Below are positions 9,495-18,307 of a stretch of 18,307 nt of DNA, piece by piece. Numbering within the stretch: position 1 is the stretch's first letter; each line of letters opens with the position of its first letter. A model generated the notes under the pieces. It was not told the origin of the DNA. It did not search any database and saw only the letters and a program-made list of their open reading frames with translations. The stretch spans positions 1-18,307 of the forward strand of contig CAXHJY010000851.1 of NCBI GenBank assembly GCA_964016885.1, given 5' to 3'. The translations under genes were made by a program, and so were the position numbers. This stretch comes from Eledone cirrhosa (lineage: Eukaryota).

Positions 9495-10450
9495 ACCATA
9501 ATGACGTTTCAATATCCCCAGTTTGTTCCGTGACTTCTTTGAATTTGGATGCAATAGTACCAGTAAACCTGTTCCCGTGTTCCTTATCTACCAGCGCTTC
9601 CAAATTTATTCTCTAGGTCGAGCTGGACTTATGAGCTTTGTTCACTCTCTTGGCTTTAGGCAGTCTCAGTTGATAGCTCAGCAAGCCTCTTAACACGAAC
9701 ATCCAGCACGCAACAATCGAAGATATCAGAAACAAAAGCAAAATCAATTATTGATCTCTGTCCTTGATTCTTCTGATACCATGTGTATTTATGGCTGTCT
9801 TTGTACTGGAAGGAAATGCTCAAGATAGAGAGCCTATTACTAGAACAGAAGTCTAAGGCCTTTTCATTCGTATTTAGATCGGGATCTCCTTTCCTTCCAA
9901 TGACTGATTTCCATGTCAAGTAGTCAATGCCAACATGTACTTTGAGGTTTCCCATTACGATATATGACTCAGACTTAGCAACATATAACGCTGAAGAGAC
10001 TTCAACAAAGAAAGATCTGTATAAACTTGCACCACCCACAGAGACCTTTCTTTCAGCGTACGCTTCATGAGAGAAATCCTCTATCACAATGAGATTCAGT
10101 TCATAACACATTCTGACAGCCAGGGGCTTGTGAATGTACCCACTTGCGTCTCTGCAGTCACTTCTGGTGTCACACTTGAATATTAGAGTTTCCATCCTCC
10201 ATCGGACATACAGTACCAGAACCATAAACCTTTGTTGAGAAAACAGATTATATCTAGTCGGTAGCAACTGTTCTCTTCCAGTAGTCCCTGGTCCTTGTCT
10301 GTAAGGTTTTAACATTCCAGTTACCAATTGTCAGGCTTTGCACTTTTCCGGAGACTCTTTGGGGTCTCGGCATATGTATTCCTTCTGCATCCATCTCAGC
10401 GTATCCCAGGATAGGGCGTAGGCCCATCGCCAGTTTTTGCAGCATTGGAT
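9495..10450 (-). mobile_element. Decayed RTE-clade LINE, 5' region and AP-endonuclease domain
   Basis: LTIGNWNVKTL (APE motif I), IVMGNLKVHVG (GDFNAHVG-like), WKSVIGRKG, LDFCSSNRLSI, HKYTWYQ..QRSIIDF, VLDVRVKRLAELST, then RINLEALVDKE..KFKEV..DIE after a stop or frameshift. Catalytic motifs are degenerate. Confidence 0.88.
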
Positions 10451-10745
10451 AAAGAGTGCAATATATATTTTCAAACAGGTGCCTCTACATAAGTCCTTAA
10501 CATGTCCCTTGTTATCCTGTGAGAAGAACGATATATTTACTGTTTTCTGCCATATTGCATTGTTTTGGAGGTCTCATTCGCACCATTCACCAATTTGGTG
10601 CTTTTTTCACATTATCTTGGGGATCCAGCCTGATCATTTGCAGACAGTTGCTTCTGATAGCACCCATGGGAAACGTACTTCAGAGCTCGGTATCCACGAC
10701 CCTCACAGACATATATGGGCGAAGAAGGAGAACAGTAAAAAGTAT

Positions 10746-10843
10746 TTAACTTTGCCTTTCATCCTTACGGGGTCGATAAAATATAGTACCAGTAATGTAC
10801 TGGGATAATCACTGGCCTTGTGCCAAAAGTAGAAACAATTATT
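10746..10843 (+). mobile_element. SINE family A, 5'-truncated, short 3' variant
   Basis: TTAACTTTGCCTTTCATCCTTACGGGGTCGATAAAAT...GGCCTTGTGCCAAAAGTAGAAACAATTATT. Confidence 0.88.
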
Positions 10844-10846
10844 AAG

Positions 10847-11070
10847 GGCGGTGGATTGGCAGTATCGGTAGAGGGACGGACGCCATACTCTGACGCATAG
10901 AGTTACGGCCCTTTATGGTCTGAGTTCAAATCCCGCCGAGGTTAACTTTGCCTTTCATCCTTACGAGGTCGATAAAATAATGAACCAGTAATGCACTGAG
11001 GTCGATTTAATCGACTTCCTCCTCATCCCAAATTGCTGGCCTTGTGCCTAAATAAGAAACCATTATTATT
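10847..11070 (+). mobile_element. SINE family A, full length, long 3' variant
   Basis: GGCGGTGGATTGGCAGTATCGGTAGAG head, GAGTTCAAATCCCGCCGAGG, core and ATT tail. Collinear with the 8966 copy. Confidence 0.9.
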
Positions 11071-11071
11071 T

Positions 11072-11074
<3 letters not shown>

Positions 11075-11136
<62 letters not shown>

Positions 11137-11146
11137 GTGTGTATAC
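11075..11146. repeat. (TA)n-(TG)n microsatellite
   Basis: Seen directly in the sequence. Confidence 0.97.
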
Positions 11147-11313
11147 ATGCAAACATAAATACATACATGAGATCTCGGCGTCTATAAATAATCTGTAAAA
11201 AGAAGTAAATAATAAACCGGCTTTCTATTCCGTGTGAAAAGTGTGCTGCCAATATGGCAATAATGTAGTGTATTTCTCACGGATAATTAATTACTAAAGA
11301 TAATATATGCCTT

Positions 11314-11342
11314 TGTGTGTGTGTGTGGGGGGGGGGGGGGGG
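11314..11342. repeat. (TG)n followed by G16 run
   Basis: G run at 11327-11342. Confidence 0.95.
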
Positions 11343-11513
11343 CGTGCGTCCGTATGTAATATTTTTCGCTATTAAGCATTCATATTAATGATGTACACTA
11401 ACATTTGATGAGGTCTTCTTTTAAATTTATGATTTGCTTCATATTTATTTGCATGAATGGTCTATCACTCATGATCACATAAATTTTGAGATTGCGAACA
11501 CACGCATATTTTC

Positions 11514-11606
11514 ACCCCACCCCCACCCCCACACACACAACACACATATATATATATATATATGTAGTTGTGTAGAAGAAATTTCTATCCAATATATAAA
11601 CATACA

Positions 11607-11637
<31 letters not shown>

Positions 11638-11670
11638 TATATATACACATATTGGATAGATATATATAGG
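11514..11670. repeat. C-rich/(CA)n/(TA)n compound microsatellite
   Basis: Seen directly in the sequence. Confidence 0.9.
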
Positions 11671-11936
11671 ATAGATATTTCTTCGGTTGGAATTATCAGG
11701 ACAGAATTTTCTGAAGATATCAACTAAATGAACCAGTGATATTCCCGTAGAATTCATTACAATCTGAAATGATTTATGTATATATATATATATAATATGG
11801 AAGGAGTAGATGGTGATGAATAGTGTTCTTCAGGAGGAGGATTTATTTCCTTTTATTTATCCTCCATTCCGATTATTTCCAGAGAAGGATGAAGAGACAG
11901 AAAGAATTGAGAAATAGGAAGATTCGATAACAATAT

Positions 11937-12020
11937 TGAGCTGGCAGGGGTCGATAAAATAAAGTACCAGTAATGAACTGAGTAATTGTTGGCCTTGTGC
12001 CAAAAGCAGAAACAATTATT
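11937..12020 (+). mobile_element. SINE family A, internally deleted, short 3' variant
   Basis: Head-like TGAGCTGGCAG joined directly to GGGTCGATAAAATAAAGTACCAG...GGCCTTGTGCCAAAAGCAGAAACAATTATT. Confidence 0.8.
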
Positions 12021-12140
12021 TTTTTACGAACCTCGAAAGACTAAATGGCAGTCTTGACCTCGGTAGTATCCCGAGCGTAATGAGCTTGAACGAATAGCGC
12101 AACGTATTCAATCTGCCGTTCAAACGACTCTACCAGTTTG
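12021..12140 (-). mobile_element. Old, diverged SINE family A-like 5' half
   Basis: CCTCGAAAGACTAAATGGCAGTCTTGACCTCGGT...ACGACTCTACCAG aligns loosely with the reverse complement of the core and head. Confidence 0.55.
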
Positions 12141-12321
12141 ACTTATATATCGACAAGCATGGATTTGTAGTGAAGGAATCGTATCGTAACAACGAGGTTA
12201 CTATTGCTCTGCAAACTGCACAAGTGCCTTTGGCTATATTGACCATTCCGAGCAGAATCTTATAGACAAAAAGTAATGCGGAAAACATCTTTATACCTCT
12301 TTATGTGTGTATGAACTGATG

Positions 12322-12507
12322 ATAATAATTGTTTCTACTTTTGGCAGAAGGCCTGCAATTATCCCAGTTCATTACTGGTATTTTATTTTATCGATCCCGT
12401 AAGGATGAAAGGCAAAGTTTACCTCGGCGGGATTTGAATTCAGATCATAAAAAGCCGTAACTCCATGCTGCAAAGCATGACATTCGACCCTCTACCGGTA
12501 CTGCCAG
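12322..12507 (-). mobile_element. SINE family A, near full length, short 3' variant
   Basis: Reverse complement of the family: AATTGTTTCTACTTTTGGC...TTTTATCGATCCCGTAAGGATGAAAGGCAAAG...CCTCGGCGGGATTTGAATTCAG...CTCTACCGGTACTGCCA. Confidence 0.9.
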
Positions 12508-12532
12508 ATGATGATAGTAATAATTGTTAATC

Positions 12533-12836
12533 ATAATAGTCGTTTCTACTTCAAGCACAAGGCTATCAATTTGAAGCTGGATAAAAGTTTATTAAATCGA
12601 CGCCACTTTTTGAATGGTGCTATATTTATAACATAGACACGAAGTTCCAATCTTTGTGAAAGCTTATTGTCGGTTTTAAAAAACATTAAAACATTAATTC
12701 GCGGATATTTATTTTTACGCCTTCGGAAGAATAATAGGCAAAGTTCATCTCGGTGGGATTTTAACTCTTATCTAAAAATACGTAACTAAATATTGCAAGT
12801 CGTTGTATCCAACCCTCTATTAATCCCCGTAAATCC
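12533..12836 (-). mobile_element. Diverged SINE family A copy interrupted by ~75 bp of unrelated sequence
   Basis: Tail part GTTTCTACTTCAAGCACAAGGC...AATCGAC (12533-12630) and core/head part AGGCAAAGTTCATCTCGGTGGGATTTTAACTC...CCAACCCTCTA (12706-12836). Confidence 0.65.
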
Positions 12837-13004
12837 AGTTCCATCAACATTAGATATAGCAATTACCGTATGAATTAGTAATATATATGAATTTTGAAGG
12901 AATACTTAATTTATATGTACCAAGGGTATTACAGATCTACCAACCTCTAAAAACCCAAATAGGGGGTACCATGAAAAAAAGTTTCCGAAACGGGGAGATT
13001 TTAC

Positions 13005-13193
13005 ATAATTGTTTCTACTTTAGGCACAAGGCCAGCAATTACCCAGTACATTACTGGTACTTTATTTTATCGACCCCGTAAGGATGAAAGGCAAAGTCAA
13101 CCTCGGCGGGATTTGAACTCAGATCGTAAAGGGACGTAACTATGCTGGAAAGCATGGCGTCCGACCCTCTACCGATACTGCCAATCCACCGCC
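13005..13193 (-). mobile_element. SINE family A, full length, short 3' variant, with 32-bp TSD
   Basis: Complete reverse-complement copy ending CCAATCCACCGCC. Flanked by identical AAAGTTTCCGAAACGGGGAGATTTTACATAAT at 12978-13009 and 13194-13225. Confidence 0.93.
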
Positions 13194-14244
13194 AAAGTTT
13201 CCGAAACGGGGAGATTTTACATAATGAAAGCTATACCCATTTTCAGAAGAGAAGACTTCTTTCACCTACTCCCACGTGAGTGGGGGATCTCTCCGTCGGA
13301 CGGGGAGTGCTGATAGGTCTGGTATTACTTAATGTTAAGTCAACCAGGTGGAATATTTTTCTGCTTAATTTATATTATTCACAGACGGCGTGTAATTCCA
13401 CCTTACAGACAAACTAGAAAATGTATTACCCGGAGTGTCCGTATAATAACTACCTAGCTTGAAGAATTATGTCTCAGCCAGGAGGACTGGTTCACATGAA
13501 ATTTACTGAGCTACCGACCTAAATATTGCATCGACGCGAGAGAATTAAACATCGATCTCTCAGATTGTTGTCTGATCTGATATTCTTTCCACTTGCTCAT
13601 CAACGTTCTTCCTACGTTACAGAGAAACTGACAAACAATCAAGCATTAATTTATATACATACAGCAGTATCTTATTCGAAACAACGATTTCAAATCAGTT
13701 CTCTTGCCAAAATATACAAGAAAATATCATATTTTTCGACTGAGCTAGAAACAAAACAACACTTGATAGTCTGGTTGATTGGGAAAAATTCACTTCCGAA
13801 CGTGTTTCAAATATTAGTTAACAGATGCACAGTCTCCCCCCACTCCCTCTTTCATATTCCGACTACAACGTTCTTCAGTTCTCAAAGATAGGCAGCTGCG
13901 TACCATATCCTAGACACATCAGGTACTTTCTTTTTCTCGTCATTACCATTTCACATCTCCTAGTCAGGTTTTCAAAATTAATTTCATAAAAAGGTAGCAC
14001 AAATATCACCAAATAAGCGTGAAACTAATAAGATTCTGTGGAATTGTATCACTGTATTTATATTTTTTAACCATGAACTATACATTTATATATCCAAAAT
14101 GGTTAACTGAAAACGTAATTTTTTCTTCCCCAATTTTCTTTCTGTTTCTTCTTCTTCTCACTCTCTTCTATCTCTCTAATTGTTTTATTTCTCATTCTAT
14201 CTCATACTGAAGGACTAACGTCCGAAAAGTTAAGAAGTTTTTCT

Positions 14245-14500
14245 TACTACACAAGTCCGCACAAGGTTGTTTGTGGAAGACCAGCAGTCGCCCATGCATA
14301 CCAGTCTCCCACGCTACGCCACCGATGTTGTCCAATGATACAATTTGGCACCAGTGACGTTGCAACTCATTTATACAGCTGTGAGCAACGTGAAATAAAG
14401 TGTCTTGCTCAAGGACACAGCACATCCCCTGATATAAGAATCGAACACAACTTCACGGTTGCAAGCCCAACACTCTAACCATTAAGCAACAGGCCTTCAC
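14245..14500 (-). mobile_element. tRNA-derived SINE family C
   Basis: The minus strand starts GTGAAGGCCTGTTGCTTAATGGTTAGAGTGTTGGGC (A-box-like), then GTTCGATTC (B-box-like), then TGTGTCCTTGAGCAAGACACTTTATTTCAC, a motif common in invertebrate tRNA-SINE bodies. Confidence 0.75.
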
Positions 14501-14501
14501 A

Positions 14502-14545
14502 ATATATATCAATATATATATGTGTGTGTGTGTGTATGTGTGTGT
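14502..14545. repeat. (TA)n/(TG)n microsatellite
   Basis: Seen directly in the sequence. Confidence 0.93.
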
Positions 14546-15005
14546 TTATGAACATTTTCTGTATGTTCTAATTTATTATTTATTTAGTTGATAATTTAAT
14601 ATGATATTCAATAGGAGTATTACCTTTAAATATTAACATTTTAAAGCAGCAAGGTATCTAACTTAAAACGTAGTAGCGTGCTGTCTTCAACATCGCCGCA
14701 ATCAGCTATTTGTACAACATGACAAGCCTGGAGTCTTCACTAAATATTCGTCTCCCGGCAAGCGCCTTGTTTTTTACTGCAAATATCAACTACATCAATC
14801 GAAACTCTACAACGTTCATAAGTGTTACCTCTTCCTCCATTGGCTAATTCATAATTTATATTAAAGAATGTAATCATTCACCAAATTCGAGAACTTTTCT
14901 AATTAAAAAAGTTTTCGGTTTATATTTGCTCTTTAGATAAATATTTAAAAATAGATACAAATACAAGAACATAACCAGTTTTTACTACTTGTTGGCTTGA
15001 TCTAG

Positions 15006-15197
15006 TGTGGTGGGCTAGCAGAAACAGCTGGACGTCGGACAAGATGCTTTCTGGCATTTGATTCGGCTCTTTATGTTCAAATCTCTATGTAGTCAACTTT
15101 GCCTTTCGTCCTATTGGGAAGTGCCCATCAAGTACTGGGGTCAATTTCATTGATTTTCCTCTCCTCCAAATTGACCTTGAGCTTAGATTATAAATCC
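15006..15197 (+). mobile_element. Old SINE family A-like copy
   Basis: GGTGGGCTAGCAGAA head, GTTCAAATC, GTCAACTTTGCCTTTCGTCCT, TACTGGGGTCAAT, CCAAATT. Confidence 0.7.
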
Positions 15198-15412
15198 TTA
15201 TCGCTTTAATTTTAGGGGAATATATATTACTTACTTTGATCTTCATGTTTCTCCTAGCGGTGTACGGAAAATGAAAATAAACTAGAGCTTCAAGAAATAG
15301 TGGCCAAATCTCCTTCAAACCAAATCCTACAATTTTTTGGGGAAATAAAAAGTTCTAGACAAAATATGAACGCAGTATAGCCAATTTTTTTTTTTATAGA
15401 AGTCACTTTACA

Positions 15413-15715
15413 ATCATTAGCTTTTAGATTCGATCCCACTGCGTGGCATTTTAGGCAAATGTCATACTATATCCTCGAGTTGATACATGCCTTGTAAGTG
15501 GAATTTGATAGACGGAAAATGTTTGAAAGCGCGTCTGATGGACTGTACCTGTTCTTTAAAAGATCCAGTCTTGTCACACAGTGTCACGCTGAAGATTGCG
15601 TTAATGATGCACGTGTCTGTGGGATGTTGAGCCACTTTCACCTTAATTTTACGAGCAGGCTGTTCCATTAATTGAAAAGAATTAAGACTTACTGTGGAAA
15701 CTGACGGTGGTCTAT
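15413..15715 (+). mobile_element. tRNA-derived SINE family B (decayed)
   Basis: GATTCGATCCCACTGCGTGGCATTTTAGGCAAATGTC...ATAGACGGAAA...CTTGTCACAC...CACGTGTCTGTGG. Homologous to the reverse complement of 10-230. Confidence 0.75.
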
Positions 15716-16042
15716 TCCATTCTTAGATTTGATTATAGGTATGCTCAATAAGAATTGACTTAGGGCTAAAGAACAAGAACAAACCTGTTCTAACATCACA
15801 CCCGCACTAGATCTGGCCAATCAATTTGGCAATTATTGTTATTTATTTATGTGATATGTCCATACAAAAAACAACTTAGAAGTTAACCTTTGCCTTTATA
15901 ATAGTGGACAGACTCAACATCTGACCGTTGATATTTCAGCTGTGAATTAGAGGTGTTGTAAACAAAGATGCCCTGCCTAATTCTCAAATGGTTGGTCAGT
16001 TTTTAGAAGAGGTCAGAGGTAAGTTTAAGGATTAGTTATTAT

Positions 16043-16173
16043 TTCTCTTTCACTCACTCACTCACTCTCTCTCTCATGTACACACGATTCTCTCTCAATT
16101 TCTCTCTCACTCACACACTCTTTCTTTCTCTCTCATATACATTATACTCTCTCTCTCTCTCTCTCATATATAT

Positions 16174-16245
<72 letters not shown>

Positions 16246-16273
16246 CACTATTCTCTCTCTCCACACACACACA
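16043..16273. repeat. (CT)n-dominated compound microsatellite
   Basis: Long perfect CT run at ~16177-16240 with (CACT)n and (CA)n flanks. Confidence 0.97.
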
Positions 16274-16291
16274 GAAAGGGGGTTTGTCCGA

Positions 16292-16430
16292 TTGACCTCT
16301 TACTATACAGGTGAAACTCCAGAGTTACAAGACTCGTAACTTAACCATAATAATAATATGATGACCTTGAGACGCAGGTGAGACTCCAGAGTAACAATAC
16401 TCACTATTTAGCCTTAATAAAATGAATATA
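16292..16430. repeat. Imperfect tandem duplication, period ~67 bp
   Basis: CAGGTGAAACTCCAGAGTTACAAGACTC at 16308 and CAGGTGAGACTCCAGAGTAACAATACTC at 16375. Confidence 0.82.
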
Positions 16431-16710
16431 TATATATAGACCGGAGGGTGTAATTTTAAACGAATTGACTGCTATTTTAACAGGTCGAACGACTAGTTAC
16501 AATCAATCCAATTGGCTCATTGTTATCAACGTACGGTTGTTAACGATTGCTAATGTTATTTTCTTTCATCTCATGGCTATTATAAGAACATTTTTTTGTT
16601 GTTGATATTTTTAATCGTGAGGTTGCTATTTCTATTATTGTTGTTAGTACAGAACTGGTTCCCGTCATTGCTATTGATGTTGGATACATTAGCAGTATCC
16701 TTAGAGCGTC

Positions 16711-16816
16711 GGTCAACTTTGCTTTTCATCCTTTCGGGGTCGATGAAATAAAGTACCAGTCGACTCATCAACTAACCTACTCCAAATTGGAGGCGTTATG
16801 TCAAAATCAGAAAACA
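16711..16816 (+). mobile_element. SINE family A core and tail fragment
   Basis: GGTCAACTTTGCTTTTCATCCTTTCGGGGTCGATGAAATAAAGTACCAG. Confidence 0.8.
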
Positions 16817-16905
16817 AATTTTTATATTTTCTTATTTTACATTCCATTCTTTCTTCTCAATCTAATTATTTTTTTCTTTTTCTACTAAATTTACTAAGAT
16901 ATCAA

Positions 16906-16976
16906 ATATTGTGTCGTCAAGTATGAAATTTGTAGAAACATTTTTTTCTACAAGTTTCATACTGACGACCCAGTAT
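16906..16976. other. Long imperfect hairpin / inverted repeat
   Basis: GTCGTCA-A-GTATGAAA-T-TTGTAGAAA (16913-16938) pairs with TTTCTACAA-G-TTTCATAC-TGACGAC (16945-16969), and pairing extends to 16906/16976. Confidence 0.9.
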
Positions 16977-17069
16977 AAATCTATTTAATCTTTACTGCAT
17001 ATGTTAAATATATAGTTGTGTTGTCGATATTCATGCTCTTACGCTTGCCAACGCTTGAAAAATAGAAAG

Positions 17070-17330
17070 GTGCCGCAAATATCTTAATTCGTGTTGCTTA
17101 CAGTATGATTGTCCTTTTTGCTAATGTTAATTCTGTTGCTAATGTCATAGCTTTCTTTCTCCTCCTCTTATGCCTCCTCCTGTTCGTCTTCCGACCCCAA
17201 AAATGCCGTTGATGAAAATCTAATTCGCGTTGCTAACGGTATTAATGCTATTGTTACTATTGTTTATTTATACTGTTGCTAACGACAAAACTGTCTTTTT
17301 TTTCTCCTCTTGCCCCTGTTTGTCTTCCTC
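17070..17330. repeat. Imperfect tandem duplication, period ~136 bp
   Basis: TAATTCG(T/C)GTTGCT at 17085 and 17221, each followed by CTGTTGCTAA, CTCCTCTT and CCTGTT.GTCTTCC. Confidence 0.75.
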
Positions 17331-17408
17331 TTCCACACACTTCTAAGCACAGACGGTTTCAGATCAATTCATTTTGCAATCGAATTCTAAATTCTAATTC
17401 AGACATTT

Positions 17409-18307
17409 GGGGGGGGGGGGGGGGTTAAGGTGCGCGGGGAGGGGGCGTTTCTCATTGTTGTTGTCGTCATCATCATCATCACCATCTCATCATCATTACT
17501 ATTATTGTCGTTGTTAGTATTACTGCTGTTGTTGATACTGATTAATTGATGGTTGTGCTTTAGTTGTTGATGGTGTGTGTGATGATGTGGGTGGCGGCAA
17601 TACCTTGTAGTGATTTTGTTGCTATTTGAATAATTCACTAACCAATAACTATTGATCCTACAGCTGATTCTTAGTGCTGATACACCACCACTACTACAAT
17701 GCTGGCTACTACTAAAATACCCCCACCACAACAGCAACCACTACTACAATGATGATTACTTCTACTTCTACTAACACTAATACTACTACCAATACTATTA
17801 CTAATACTACTACTACTTCTGTAATGGTGCTGATTTTGTCATCACTACGATGCATTGTTGACATCACTTTGACCCCAAATTCTATATTAACACATCAACT
17901 AGCACCCATATAGCACTGATGTTATCACCGCCACCACCACAACAGATGGTAGAGAAAAGTGGGTGCATAACCGAGAAATTTCTTAAAATCTTGTATTTCC
18001 ATTTAAATAGAGCTTCAATAATGTTATCATCCCCCCCTCCCAACACTATTACTATCTCCTTCAACCTCATCACCCTGCAACTCAACTACCATCAGTAACC
18101 AACCTCTAATAATACTATACCCAATCAACACACCGATACTGACATCAGTAATTCAACTCGACCATACACATACACATATTTATCAACATCATCGTCTTCA
18201 CTACCATTAAGAATGACCAACCTGCTCATTCTATCAGCACCACTACTCCACTATATATTATATACAATATATATAAACTAGAAATACTCTACAAAAGTAA
18301 CACTACC
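17409..18307. repeat. G16 run followed by degenerate trinucleotide low-complexity tract (GTT/CAT/CTA/CAC)
   Basis: G run at 17409-17424, then mixed triplet repeats to the end of the window. Confidence 0.85.

Noticed and set aside
9656-10327. 223-aa ORF as a functional or domesticated endonuclease gene
   Set aside because: Motif I (GNWNV) is in another frame, GDFN has decayed to GNLK and the terminal DH motif is lost, which fits a decayed RTE.
8966-13193. Recurring ~35-bp motif as a CRISPR array or as tRNA genes
   Set aside because: Spacing is irregular, both strands are used, and the motif is embedded in ~190-220 bp SINE bodies with tails and TSDs. No complete cloverleaf is visible.
13526-13891. 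121-aa ORF
   Set aside because: Non-ATG start and no recognisable homology; compatible with chance.
17399-17737. His/Asn/Pro-rich 112-aa ORF
   Set aside because: It is the product of degenerate trinucleotide repeats and a G run.

Overview
AT-rich, repeat-dense eukaryotic DNA that looks intergenic or intronic. I cannot support an intact host gene, and most ORFs in the track are microsatellite or transposon artefacts. The repeat families resemble those of coleoid cephalopods (Octopus-like); this is an inference from recalled repeat consensus, not a search. The main contents are: (1) a ~1.24 kb non-autonomous Helitron with both termini (5595-6831, minus strand), carrying a PIF1-helicase C-terminal remnant, a perfect 29-bp inverted repeat and a 54-bp tandem repeat; (2) four decayed LINE pieces, two RTE-type and two CR1/L2-group; (3) about ten copies of one tRNA-derived CORE-type SINE, clustered at 8.9-13.2 kb in both orientations, two of them with perfect 20- and 32-bp target-site duplications; (4) two other tRNA-SINE families; (5) five degenerate hammerhead-ribozyme-like motifs on the + strand; (6) a pre-miRNA-sized hairpin at 16.9 kb; (7) many microsatellites. 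No clearly new biological system is demonstrated. The best leads are the Helitron's internal architecture, the hammerhead-like relics, the inverted SINE cluster and the 16.9 kb hairpin.
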